Sequence record: NC_062581.1
Strand: one strand, 5' to 3'
DNA length: 64,000 nucleotides
Part shown: positions 35,188 to 45,574 of the stretch, piece by piece
How positions within the stretch are numbered: position 1 is the stretch's first letter
How the letters are laid out: each line of letters begins with the position of its first letter
Made by a program: the position numbers and the translations under genes
Notes under the pieces: generated by a model
What the model was told of the DNA's origin: nothing
The model's input: the letters and a program-made list of their open reading frames with translations, nothing else
Database searches by the model: none

Positions 35188-35856
35188 GTGGAACTAGTTA
35201 AAACCAATCGTGATATCGCCCGTGGTATCCTACGTCGTTACATGGCCGATTTTTCGAATCAGCGCACACCACCTAAATCAGTAGAGGGTGGTTTTTATGC
35301 TATCCTGATGACTGACACTGGTGAAGTGTGGTTGTCTGAATGTGGTAGCTTTAAAACAACAATTACCCGTTTCTACAGCAAGACTACAGTACAACCAGAT
35401 TGCATTACAAAAGCACGTGCTCGTGGTGCACAACTGGAACTTTGGTTTTTGACTCAACCACAACGTTTCTCCGCTCAAGCATTAGAAAACGAATTGTTTG
35501 AAGCCGACCTATTGGCTTCACGCAAACAAATCAATAAAGAGGGCTCTGGTTTTCTTTATGTTATTCGTCATCGCAGTACTTTGGATTATTTTGTTGTAAC
35601 CGATCGACAAGGAATTGTGGAATCTACAATCCTTAGTAACTTCTACACCCGTTTGGCAAGTATGCGTGGGAACGTACACAATACCAAATTAAGTAAGTTT
35701 GTAACTGAACAAGCTTCCGACATCCTGAATCAACGCAACTTCGACATCGTACGTCTGGGAACATTCCTGGACAAAGAAGATGAATGGCTGAAACGTCAGC
35801 TGTATATCGATGGTTGCACGTCAGGTGAAAACTTGAACTTACGTTCGGTGGATTAA
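35188..35856 (+). CDS. Protein with two degenerate GIY-YIG-like domains
   Basis: GFYAILMTDTGEVWLS and GFLYVIRHRSTLDYFVV...HNTKLSKFV repeats. Confidence 0.55.
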   Translation: MELVKTNRDIARGILRRYMADFSNQRTPPKSVEGGFYAILMTDTGEVWLSECGSFKTTITRFYSKTTVQPDCITKARARGAQLELWFLTQPQRFSAQALENELFEADLLASRKQINKEGSGFLYVIRHRSTLDYFVVTDRQGIVESTILSNFYTRLASMRGNVHNTKLSKFVTEQASDILNQRNFDIVRLGTFLDKEDEWLKRQLYIDGCTSGENLNLRSVD

Positions 35857-35932
35857 GTAATACTTGGCCTTATTATTTGGTGAGCGAATTGTCTCAACCA
35901 GAACTCTCAAATAATCAAAAGGCCAAGTATTC

Positions 35933-38219
35933 ATGAGTGCACATATCGTCGAGGTTCATGACGTCATTAAGATCCTGCTAAAACGGATTGAAAATTACAC
36001 CGTCAACAAACAGTACGGCGAGGGAAACATTCCTCACCTATGTATAAAAGTAAAGCATAACAATGGTTTTGCATGGTTTGGTGTTCACATTTTGGAAGCA
36101 CCTGCCCAGAACTGGTCAATTGAAATTCGTGATCAGATCGAAAAAGAAATTCAAGAAGGTCTTAATAAGATCTGCGACATCCAGGAACTAGTTACGGACA
36201 TGCCTCGTTTGATGGATTCAATATCAGACGTAGTATCATCACGCAAACGTCCCACCATCTTTGGTGGGATGGGTAATGATCTGCTACAACTTCACATGGA
36301 AGGCAATGTGCAGCTTGACGTGTATCGAAATGATCGTAATCCAGATACTCTGTCTTATGGTGGGTTTGAAGGTGAACTCATGTTGAATGGTCGTTGGTAT
36401 ACCTTCTTCCTGTATCATCGTGGTGTCATCCTTTATAACTACATCGACAGCGAAATTGCTGTTAACATGATCCGTCGTGCGCTTACTCGCCAGTTCCCTG
36501 AAATCTTTGATGAAGATGATCTGGACTTTGTGCAAGTTGATCGCTCGGTAGATCGTACGCGGAACAAACGTCGGGAGGCATAATGTCCCAGCTAGTGGTT
36601 GTAGATATAGCACCGATAGAGCAGCCATTAGATTTTCCTCGTTTGTCTGGGGAATCGTTGACCTGCTTAGAGTCCTACGCAGACAAGGTTACTGATCTAT
36701 ACACCATTCGTCAATACGGGTATCACCCTGAATACGGGGCGACTATCTTTGAGATCATCATTGATTGGGGAGTAAACTATGTTCCTCCAAAACCGCAGAG
36801 TGCGGAGATAGGGGAATCAGTTCCATTTGATGATCTAACAAAGGCTCTAATGAAACTGCAGAGACAGTACGAGATAATCTTAGAAGCAAACTGTCAGGTT
36901 GTGCGCCACGAGGGCCGGATTACTCGGTGTTCATTTAAGCCTAAAGGCGAATATCGAGAAGCCCCAACCAATTTAGACTGGTTGCTTGAAGATCCTCCAT
37001 TACGAGATCCCGTTTGATTTAAGAAAGTGTACAACTATATATGTGGTTATACTGCATGTGTTGTTTTCCTTTTCTTGAAGCTCTTTAACAACTTAGTGTT
37101 TAACGACTAGCAGGGTTAGATTCCCTTGCACCTCCTAGGCGTCTTTCATCGACTGATGCCGCACCTGGGTTGCCAGGCGCAATAATATTGCCTCTCCTTC
37201 GGGAGAGGCTTTATGCTGTTATAAGACTAAATTAATTTAATTATGGGGCGAGAGATGTATTACGAGTTCACGCATGACGAACTTCCTTTTCAATTTAACA
37301 CCATGCTTCGTTTCTTTTGTAAAGCCACAGTCATACGAAAACAGTTTGAACCCAACGAACACGTTTCTTTTTCACCAGAAACTGTCGTAAGACTGGTAGT
37401 GCCAACCGCCAGTGAAGAAGACCTACAGCCATTCATTACGGCCAGTTGCCCGGTGCATGGTAGCAATTTACATATAAATATCAAAATGGTCCCAGAACGC
37501 AAGTTAGAGAATCGTAACGATGCTATTGCATACGTTCGCCGTACTTTGTGTAAAGAAGCCATTATGGTAACAGAACGAGATATCCGTAACCTTGACAAAC
37601 ATGGTGCACGGAAACACTATAGCAAAGATTTCTTTGGCAAGTTGATCTCTAAGTGTCGTTATCGAATGGAAACATTTCATACGTATAACTTCTATCCATC
37701 TTACGACTAGGTGAATTTGTGTTTAAAAAGATCCTGCTGCGTGAAACTAGAATTATTTTCTTTACGCTGCTGATGCTGACTTTAGGAATAATTACTTTAG
37801 TCGGATGCATGGCTGCTTTGATGGGTGTTGTAACACAATCGATGCCGCATTTTGTTTACGGTATTTTAATTGCAGTTATTGTTGGACGTGCATTTATTGT
37901 TAGCATAGCACCTACCAGCAAAGCTTGGAGACGTTAAGTGGAAATCCCAACTCTAGATGACCGGATACAAAACAAGTACGCCGATCAGATTGAAGAATAT
38001 AGCACTATCTTCAATAAAGAAATATTGAATGGCCATCAACACACCAGCGATAGTGGTTATCCATATTTTGAATGCGTCATCAATGACGGTGAATGGATAC
38101 ACAGTGAATTGTTTGACTATCTAGTTAAGCTTTATTACGAAGCTTTTTGGATTGTTGAACAATATGAAGAAAAAGAAGGTTATTGCATTCGTATCTTTCG
38201 ACGTAAAGTTGAGAATTAA
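35933..38219 (+). other. Hypothetical genes
   Basis: ORFs 35933-36583, 36583-37017, 37243-37710, 37719-37937 (2 TM), 37938-38219. Confidence 0.7.
37190..37215 (+). terminator. Intrinsic terminator
   Basis: GCCTCTCC-TTCG-GGAGAGGC followed by TTTATG. Confidence 0.85.
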
Positions 38220-38240
38220 ATACTTGATGTGTAATAGTAT
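38219..38240 (+). promoter_or_regulatory. Bipartite phage promoter AATACT-N6-GTAATAGTAT
   Basis: AATACT-TGATGT-GTAATAGTAT; same motif at 7 other intergenic sites. Confidence 0.75.
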
Positions 38241-38242
38241 AA

Positions 38243-38350
38243 TGACGAACTGGAGTTCCGTGGAACATCTCCCAACTTAGTACCTACCCGTCGGTATGTT
38301 GGTGCCACGTGAACTCCACCTATTTTTAGAGCCAGCCTTCGGGTTGGCTT
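38243..38350 (+). ncRNA. Putative stand-alone rod-shaped small RNA
   Basis: Nested stems TGGAGTTC/GAACTCCA, CGTGG/CCACG, CCAAC/GTTGG and TACC/GGTA between a promoter and the terminator at 38330-38350. Confidence 0.6.
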
Positions 38351-38536
38351 TATGCCGTTAGGACAAAATATGTCAATTAATCAATTCTGTTTAGTGGCCA
38401 TTATTTACATGTTGGTTACTACTGGGCTTGAACTTCGTTACGATTTGCATTTCGATATGACCAGCTGGAAATACTGGGTTGGTAACTGTTTGCTCTGGGC
38501 AAGTATCTATCTCATTGATCGAGTAATCAAAACAAA

Positions 38537-39268
38537 ATGACTTACATTGTTTATGATGGGAAAACACTCATTGCCGACAAGTTAATGTCGCAAGGTGTTG
38601 GGTCATATGCCCTGGGGCGTAAACCTAGGACAGCCGGTGGGTTTGTCGTTAACCGGCCTGGTAAAAAAGTTGATGTTTATTACAACGATACTGAAAAAGT
38701 TATCTTCCTGCGTAAGGGTCTGTATGAAGGAAAAGAAATAAAGTGTTTAGCTATGGCTGGACAAATTGTTAACCTAGGTGAGCTTATAAGTTACCTAGAG
38801 CAAGGTCACGATCTGGACCATTATTTGGATTGTGAAGCAGCGGTCTATCCGGTTAAAGAAAGACGTAATTTTGGCCCTGGTAACAGCATTACTGTTGTTA
38901 TGAAAGATGGAGCTGGTTATAATTTCCATCATGTCAGTGATGGCATTGATCGAGTTATGTCGTCTAAGGGCTTGATCCATGGCGGGGCTGGTGTGAGTTG
39001 GGTGAATGGCATTAACCCACATCTATCGACCCCCCTAACAGCCCTGGAAGCTTTTGTGATAGGTTCTCATTACTCTTCTGTAGTTAGTGAAGAGTTTGAT
39101 TACTATTGCTCGGTTACCAATGAGTACAAAAAGAACCAGAAGCTTAGTATGCGTCAACGTGAATCCATACTGGCAAGAGTTCAATCCCGCTTTGCATTAA
39201 ATGGGGAAGTTGCTAACGAAAATTACGTTAACCTTCCTTTTACTAACATTATCAAAAAGGCAGATTAA
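38537..39268 (+). CDS. Ntn-hydrolase (HslV/proteasome-beta-like) protein
   Basis: N-terminus MTYIVYDGKTLIADK resembles the Thr-nucleophile TTIAxDGKTLAAD motif. Confidence 0.55.
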   Translation: MTYIVYDGKTLIADKLMSQGVGSYALGRKPRTAGGFVVNRPGKKVDVYYNDTEKVIFLRKGLYEGKEIKCLAMAGQIVNLGELISYLEQGHDLDHYLDCEAAVYPVKERRNFGPGNSITVVMKDGAGYNFHHVSDGIDRVMSSKGLIHGGAGVSWVNGINPHLSTPLTALEAFVIGSHYSSVVSEEFDYYCSVTNEYKKNQKLSMRQRESILARVQSRFALNGEVANENYVNLPFTNIIKKAD

Positions 39269-39426
39269 GGCCTATGAATAATCCTTTATTGGACAGGATG
39301 CATCGTCGACAGAAAGCACATCGGCTCGACACCCTACAACGGTTTGGAATGCTTGCTTTTATAGCAGCAGTTGTCGTTATAAGTATTATCGAATTGTTTA
39401 AGCCTGTACTCTAAAAAATTATAGGC

Positions 39427-39435
39427 CTATATTAC
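39427..39435 (+). promoter_or_regulatory. phiKZ-type early promoter
   Basis: CTATATTAC upstream of the 39478 gene. Confidence 0.75.
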
Positions 39436-39477
39436 AACCCTGCAATACACACATCCTTTAAACTAAGAGGTAATACC

Positions 39478-39660
39478 ATGGAACTCGAAAACACCGAAAT
39501 GTACACCCTGGAAATCAAAGACCTGGCGGCAGACGAGTCTGAAGTTCAGACCGTAACCAAAGCAGGTTGGGAACTGATGCAAGAATTCAACTTCCTGCAA
39601 ATCGGTCAAGTTGTACGTGACTGGAAAATGTTCATTGTTACACCCCTAATCATGGGCTAA
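39478..39660 (+). CDS. Small early protein
   Basis: GAGG RBS; directly downstream of the early promoter. Confidence 0.75.
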   Translation: MELENTEMYTLEIKDLAADESEVQTVTKAGWELMQEFNFLQIGQVVRDWKMFIVTPLIMG

Positions 39661-39662
39661 CG

Positions 39663-40220
39663 ATGATTTGCGTTTATACTCTTTATCTCCCCTTTACTGG
39701 GGTTTACTACATTGGTTATACGGATAATTTTAACCGTCGGCGCAGACAGCACATTAATACGCTGCGCCGCGGTGTTCATGACAATAGTTTTCTACAGTAT
39801 GCTTTTAATGTAGACAACCAAGTTATTGTAATTCCGGAACCTGTAGAGACAATTGAAAAAGCAATTGCTTTAGAAAAACAAAAGATTCTTGACCATAAAG
39901 ACAATCCATTGTTAGCTAATATTATTTACGCTAAAGCACGTAGTGCCGAATGGTGTGAGGCTATGTCACAAAGTCGTATTGGGACAAAAGCCAGTCAAGA
40001 AACAAAAGACAAAATGTCAGCGACTAGGACAGGAGTCAAACAATCAGCTGAATGGGTTGAGAATAGGGCAAAGCATAGACGCCTATCGGTAACAATTGCC
40101 GGTACAGTGTATAAAAGTGTAACGGATGCTGTAAAAGCATTAGGTATACCGTGCAACACTTTACTGCGGCGAGTGAGAAATCCTAATCTCAAATTTAAAG
40201 ACTATGTTTTCACTTCGTAA
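39663..40220 (+). CDS. GIY-YIG homing endonuclease with NUMOD3-like repeats
   Basis: CVYTLYLPFTGVYYIGYTDNFNRRRRQH...HDNSFLQ; ETKDKMSATRTG NUMOD3-like; C-terminal HTH (YKSVTDAVKALGI). Confidence 0.85.
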   Translation: MICVYTLYLPFTGVYYIGYTDNFNRRRRQHINTLRRGVHDNSFLQYAFNVDNQVIVIPEPVETIEKAIALEKQKILDHKDNPLLANIIYAKARSAEWCEAMSQSRIGTKASQETKDKMSATRTGVKQSAEWVENRAKHRRLSVTIAGTVYKSVTDAVKALGIPCNTLLRRVRNPNLKFKDYVFTS

Positions 40221-40230
40221 GGAACTCGGT

Positions 40231-40740
40231 ATGTCTCATCTTCAAAAACTTGTTGCACTCTATGCAGAAGATAAAAAACTGGTGCCTGTAGCGTACTATG
40301 CCGTTACCGGTTTGCTGATATCTGGTAAAATCCAGAGCATTGACAATGGCACAGCGCTAGTCGCCTGGGAAGGTGAGACAATGCGAGTAAAGATCCAGGT
40401 CTCCGGTCTGGCTGGTCCAAGTTTTCCACAGGAATGGTGCTTGACCAAAGAAGGGCTGCAGAAGTATGCCGTGCTTGCTAATGAGGATTGCGATGCTCTC
40501 AAGCAACTACGGTTCACAACGATCTGTAACCTGTTTAATGACGTAAAGAATGTCAGTGATGACATGACGTACCACTACGTCGATAAATGGCCTGGTGTAG
40601 AAGCTGAGGACATCATGGGCTTTGTGTCATTGAACATTCACACAGTCGGTTCTCCACTGAGTGGTTTCTTGGTTAACATGGAAGGACGAGCTCGTTTCAT
40701 CCACCGCGTACCAGAAAACATTAAACTTCGACCGATGTAA
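40231..40740 (+). CDS. Hypothetical protein
   Basis: AAGGA RBS, start MSHLQK. Confidence 0.7.
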   Translation: MSHLQKLVALYAEDKKLVPVAYYAVTGLLISGKIQSIDNGTALVAWEGETMRVKIQVSGLAGPSFPQEWCLTKEGLQKYAVLANEDCDALKQLRFTTICNLFNDVKNVSDDMTYHYVDKWPGVEAEDIMGFVSLNIHTVGSPLSGFLVNMEGRARFIHRVPENIKLRPM

Positions 40741-40754
40741 TAAAACGACATAAT

Positions 40755-40790
40755 GGCTACCCTTTGGGGTAGCCTTATATCTTATTTTTT
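40755..40790. terminator. Bidirectional terminator at the strand switch
   Basis: GGCTACCC-TTTG-GGGTAGCC between convergent gene blocks. Confidence 0.85.
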
Positions 40791-40791
40791 T

Positions 40792-42348
40792 TTACTTTCC
40801 TACAGAACGCAACCAACGATCAATCAATTCATTGGTCTTAGCTTTGTATTTCAGGTATTTCAAAAACAGTTCTTCAGCACGTGGGTGCTCACGAACAATC
40901 ATGAAACCATGTGTTACACGCAGGTAATCTTCTGCACCAATAACAATGGATGGATCTTCCAGAGCAATAGCAATGTCTTCCAACCGATCAAGGTTTTGAA
41001 GAGCAGTCCATGCATCTTCCACATCAGCGTAGATTGTTTTTGGGATAGCGCTTTGGCTGATGTGGTACAGTGTAAAAGGACCTTCGTGTTTAGTAACTAC
41101 AATTGCTTCACCGTCACCAAAACGATCCAACCAACGTTCGTTGTTAATAGCCAGGTCAGTGTAGTACTTAGCTACGGATGGCATGGTTTCTTCTAGCAAC
41201 GCTTGTAGACCATCATTAAGATGCTGAAAAATACGGAAACCATTACTAACAAATGATTCTGGATTAAATTCAGGATCGGTAGTGTCAACGTAAAGCAATG
41301 CCAGTTGCTTACCTTCCGGCAGATCACGTTCAAATAGGTACGCATGCTTACGTGATTCAGGATCAGCCAGATTATGCTTAGCAATAGACATTGCCAGTTG
41401 TGGTGCTTGTTCCTGAATTGCTTCTCTGACGAGATCTACGGTAGTTTCCGGATCAGGATCGGCGGGATCAATTGTGAGTTCGACGTCTTTTGGAAAATCT
41501 TCCTGATATCGTTTTACAATATCCTCGGTCACTAGGTAATTAAGTTTAGCTTTAATTACAATATCCGCATCTGGATATTTTCTTTTGAAGTGATCTACAA
41601 TCAGTTCTGGGTTAGTTTCGTCTTTATCCAGTTCTAGTTTCAGAGTCACTTTGCGAGGTGGAACATACAGTTCAGCAGTAGCAATACCTTCTTGCGAACC
41701 AACATCATCAAATGGATCACAGTCAGGATCTTCACCGTATTCCGGTTCATCTCCACTGTCGTATTCTTGCTCATCAGTGTCCGTATCCACCGCTTCATCT
41801 GGATCACCCAGTGGGCGATGACGATCGGTGTGCCATCGAGATTCTACACCAGTGATAACAATCTTACTACCAGCTGGAGGTAATGACAATCCACGTTCTT
41901 CGTGGGTCAATGTAGTGTCGGCAATATTAAGTGCAGTATCGTAACCACCACCAACCAAAAACAAAGGCAAGCGACGCGCCAGTGCTTCAGCGCCAGAATT
42001 TGCCTGGAAACCAGTTACGGTAATATGCAAGGTGTTTTCTTCCACACCTACAATATCACCGGCTTTATCAACTACAAAATCAGCTGTAGTTTTTTCTTCT
42101 GGTTTAATTACATCAGCATATTCGCTTTGCTTAGTAATGTCGTATTTGAACAGATGCGACATCAGTCGAGCAGCGGCAATGTTAGCTTGTTGACGTGTAA
42201 TACCAGTAGCATCCATGATAGGCATGGCCAGGTTACATTGCCAACCCCACGCGTAACCTTCATCATCACGAATCGCAGCTTTAAGGCGATCAAATGCTTC
42301 ACCTGTGGTAATAGTGTATTCTACAGCTTTTGTAATTTCGGTGCTCAT
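40792..42348 (-). CDS. Hypothetical multidomain protein with acidic linker
   Basis: 518 aa; D/E-rich central segment; N-terminal GYAWGWQCNLAM. Confidence 0.8.
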   Translation of the reverse strand: MSTEITKAVEYTITTGEAFDRLKAAIRDDEGYAWGWQCNLAMPIMDATGITRQQANIAAARLMSHLFKYDITKQSEYADVIKPEEKTTADFVVDKAGDIVGVEENTLHITVTGFQANSGAEALARRLPLFLVGGGYDTALNIADTTLTHEERGLSLPPAGSKIVITGVESRWHTDRHRPLGDPDEAVDTDTDEQEYDSGDEPEYGEDPDCDPFDDVGSQEGIATAELYVPPRKVTLKLELDKDETNPELIVDHFKRKYPDADIVIKAKLNYLVTEDIVKRYQEDFPKDVELTIDPADPDPETTVDLVREAIQEQAPQLAMSIAKHNLADPESRKHAYLFERDLPEGKQLALLYVDTTDPEFNPESFVSNGFRIFQHLNDGLQALLEETMPSVAKYYTDLAINNERWLDRFGDGEAIVVTKHEGPFTLYHISQSAIPKTIYADVEDAWTALQNLDRLEDIAIALEDPSIVIGAEDYLRVTHGFMIVREHPRAEELFLKYLKYKAKTNELIDRWLRSVGK

Positions 42349-43616
42349 GCAGTTACCTGTTCATTGGATTGATATTCACGAGAAGCACGAAGACGAACCT
42401 TGGCTTCAGTTGTAGTTTCAGTGACCCACACAGTCATGCAACCATTTTGATATTGGGCATTGACTGTAAATTTCAGTTCTGGAAATTTATCTACTAGTTG
42501 TTGTGTAATGTGTTCTGATACAACTGCATCGGCATTACCCAGGATAGCTTCCGTACCTAGGAAAACATCTTCCAGCGCTTTGGTTGCTACTGTAGTGATT
42601 TCAATAATCTTACTGACATTACGTGAACGTTTCTTTTGTTCTTCCGTACGTACAGGGAAAAGATCATTGACCACATTGTCATTTGGCACTGGTGCACCTA
42701 TAGTCATTTCGGTACGAGTAAAACCTAGATCATGAACAACTTCTTCATCACTGAGAGTATCCTCTACTACAATGGTGAATGTCCAATCCCGACCAATAGC
42801 AGCGGTTACGTTTACTTGGAAGTTTTCATTCTCGTAACGCTCAACCAAACGTTCTTTAATACGGATGTTAGCTGCGCAGATCATTTCATGGGTGTTCAGT
42901 TTAGAATCACCCAGTAGTTCATTAAATACTTCAGCAGCAATCTTCTTTACTTGTTTTGCAAAAACACTTTCTGTTTGGGACATTGTATCACCTTCAAAAC
43001 GGGTAAGTGGTGCTTGTACCACTTCTACATAACAATGGTCAGGTGAGTTATAAATTGCACCCTGTACATTAAACATCAATGGCGCACCCAGTTCGTAGTC
43101 GGAATAATACACCGAAACCGTAGTGTGATTTTCAGGGTAGACCATTTTTACTTGATCACGAATATCTTCTTCTACAAACAGACGAAGTTCTTCTGCCGTA
43201 GAGATAGCGTTGTTGCTAACATCAGCAACAACTTCTTTGGTAACGTTAATCAAGAACTCTTTGAAATCGGTAAACAACGGAATGAGTTCTTCCACTGGTA
43301 AAGTTTGTACCGATTTGACAATCTGGAATTGATCAATATCACGATTAAGCTTTTCACAAACTTTAACCATGTACTGTTCTACATCAGAACCCTTAACCAA
43401 AGTAACGGTAACGGTATGGTAATAGGTACCTAGCTCGTGGGTATCGGGAGTCCATTTGTAATCCGTTGCTAACTTGGCTTCTAACTTAGTAGCAAGTTCC
43501 AGGTTAATGCGACCCACAATGTAAACATACTTCTGCGCATGGGTCAGATAAACTTGGCTGGTCACATCCTGCAAGTGCTTTAATACGGTTTCTTCTACTT
43601 GTTTGATTGTGTCCAT
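42345..43616 (-). CDS. Hypothetical protein
   Basis: 423-aa ORF coupled to rtcB. Confidence 0.8.
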   Translation of the reverse strand: MDTIKQVEETVLKHLQDVTSQVYLTHAQKYVYIVGRINLELATKLEAKLATDYKWTPDTHELGTYYHTVTVTLVKGSDVEQYMVKVCEKLNRDIDQFQIVKSVQTLPVEELIPLFTDFKEFLINVTKEVVADVSNNAISTAEELRLFVEEDIRDQVKMVYPENHTTVSVYYSDYELGAPLMFNVQGAIYNSPDHCYVEVVQAPLTRFEGDTMSQTESVFAKQVKKIAAEVFNELLGDSKLNTHEMICAANIRIKERLVERYENENFQVNVTAAIGRDWTFTIVVEDTLSDEEVVHDLGFTRTEMTIGAPVPNDNVVNDLFPVRTEEQKKRSRNVSKIIEITTVATKALEDVFLGTEAILGNADAVVSEHITQQLVDKFPELKFTVNAQYQNGCMTVWVTETTTEAKVRLRASREYQSNEQVTA

Positions 43617-43617
43617 A

Positions 43618-44880
43618 TTAACCTTTCACACAGAGGAATTGTTTTAGGGTGTGCACGATTTCAACCAGTTCAGATTGTGCCGCCATTACGTCATCAATGT
43701 TCTTGTATGCCTTAGGGGTTTCATCCAGAACACTTGCATCTTTACGACATTCTACACCAGCTGTATCACGGATATGATCTTCCAGTGTAAAAGTCTTTTC
43801 TGCTTGTGTACGGGACATTACTCGACCTGCACCATGTGAACATGAACAGAACGATTCTCGGTTTCCTTTACCGCGGACAATGAATGACTTAGCACCCATA
43901 GAACCTGGAATGATCCCCAGTGTTCCTTCACTTGCGTTGACTGCACCTTTACGTGTTACAATAACATTCTCACCAAAGTGGCGTTCTTGTGATACGTAGT
44001 TGTGGTGGCAGTTAATTGCCTCTAGATCCGAATCAATTGGCAGGCCCAGTGTTTTGTGGATGGCATCCAAAGCAGCGTGCATCATCACGGAACGATTTAG
44101 TGCAGCAAAGCGTTGTGCCCAAGATACGGCTTCAACGTAGTCATCGTAGTAACGTGAACCTTCCGGCAGATAAGAAAGATCTTTATCCGGAAGGTGGATA
44201 AAGAAACGCCCCATTTCTTCTTTGGCTTTGCTAATGAAGTAAGTACCAATAGCGTTACCAATACCACGCGAACCCGAGTGTAGCATAATCCATACACGAT
44301 CTGTTTCATCAAGACACAGTTCAATGAAGTGGTTACCCGTACCCAGTGTCCCTACATGGTTCCAAGCACGCTCGGATGCTTTCTTCAATTTAGGGTGGCG
44401 TTCAACAATGCTATCCAATTGCTTCCGTAGTTTTGCAGCTTCTTCACGAACAGCTACGGTTGGGTGATTGAAGATATTAACGGTACCAAATGCACCACGA
44501 TCATTCTTACCACCATTGTCAGTACGACCATGTGGCACACATGCTTCAATGGCTGCACGAAGATGTCCCAGAGAGTCTGGAAGCGCGTCTGAAGAGAATC
44601 TCAGACGTTGTGCTGCCATTCCGCATCCAATATCAACACCTACCGCAGAAGGGATGATAGCGCCTTTGGTAGCAATAACAGAACCAATGGTTGCACCTTT
44701 ACCCACATGAACGTCTGGCATCACTGCTACGTGGGAATAAATGAATGGCAATGCTGCAATGTTTTTCAATTGCTTTACTGCATCGGGTTCTACTGGTACA
44801 CCTACGGTCCAGCCTTTAATTGGCTTAGCTCCGTCAATAGGCTCACCACCTAGAATTTCAAATGTTTTACTCTGTTTCAT
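43618..44880 (-). CDS. rtcB: RtcB RNA-splicing/repair ligase
   Basis: MPDVHVGKGATIG, VGVDIGCG, GTLGTGNHF, LHSGSRG, HHNY, IPGSMG, SCSHGAGR and DETPKAYK motifs. Confidence 0.96.
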   Translation of the reverse strand: MKQSKTFEILGGEPIDGAKPIKGWTVGVPVEPDAVKQLKNIAALPFIYSHVAVMPDVHVGKGATIGSVIATKGAIIPSAVGVDIGCGMAAQRLRFSSDALPDSLGHLRAAIEACVPHGRTDNGGKNDRGAFGTVNIFNHPTVAVREEAAKLRKQLDSIVERHPKLKKASERAWNHVGTLGTGNHFIELCLDETDRVWIMLHSGSRGIGNAIGTYFISKAKEEMGRFFIHLPDKDLSYLPEGSRYYDDYVEAVSWAQRFAALNRSVMMHAALDAIHKTLGLPIDSDLEAINCHHNYVSQERHFGENVIVTRKGAVNASEGTLGIIPGSMGAKSFIVRGKGNRESFCSCSHGAGRVMSRTQAEKTFTLEDHIRDTAGVECRKDASVLDETPKAYKNIDDVMAAQSELVEIVHTLKQFLCVKG

Positions 44881-44908
44881 ATAAATCTCTCACGGATGGA
44901 ATTAGAGT

Positions 44909-45574
44909 TTATTGATTAACGAATGTTTCACAATGCCCTTTTGGATCAAGCACAATATTACCTGTCCAAGTAAAACCTTTTTGTTCTTCTGTTTCAACGT
45001 TTGCTACTGCGCTGATTACAATTTGCCTTACTTCGCCATTTTTAATACTAGCAAAGTCTTTAGGAAACAAATGATCCCGAACTGCATTCAATACAACGTC
45101 GCCTTGAGTGGTTGTTGTAGGGACAGTAACAAATGCACTTAGTGCACGATCAACTTCGTTGTCTAGCAGACGCCACTGGACGTACGGGTGCAAGTGTCTG
45201 ATGCTATCCCCGTCCATGTAATCCAAATGGGCTGAATGTTTATCGATCAAACGGTCTTGAAAAAGATCTGCTGTCTTGGTATACAGTTCAGGGTGGTCAC
45301 GGAACAGCGAGTTTGTACAGTAAGTATTTTCTACAGTAGAAACGGGCTCAAGTTTTTCTAATGTTTCCCGGTAACACTCTTCCAACAGCATGAAGTAATT
45401 CTTACGCACAGGTCCCCAAATGTCCTCACGAATGATTTCGCGCAGGGCTGCAAATTCAGTAAGTTCCTTAAGGTTAACGCTACGGTTTGCACAGTGTAGT
45501 TCGTGCAAGCGTTCTTTAAATCCTTCTTGTAGCAAAGGAGCGAAGGGCTCCATAAATTTATCAAGTGCTGACAT
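44909..45574 (-). CDS. Hypothetical protein
   Basis: 221-aa ORF. Confidence 0.75.
   Translation of the reverse strand: MSALDKFMEPFAPLLQEGFKERLHELHCANRSVNLKELTEFAALREIIREDIWGPVRKNYFMLLEECYRETLEKLEPVSTVENTYCTNSLFRDHPELYTKTADLFQDRLIDKHSAHLDYMDGDSIRHLHPYVQWRLLDNEVDRALSAFVTVPTTTTQGDVVLNAVRDHLFPKDFASIKNGEVRQIVISAVANVETEEQKGFTWTGNIVLDPKGHCETFVNQ

Noticed and set aside
37107-37180. Fourth permuted tRNA
   Set aside because: A T-arm-like hairpin is present, but there is no convincing D arm or closing outer helix; kept only as a generic structured segment.
40792-43616. Ro60/TROVE partner of the Y-RNA-like elements next to rtcB
   Set aside because: Sizes fit loosely, but no TROVE or vWA (DxSxS) motifs are recognisable; a profile search is needed.
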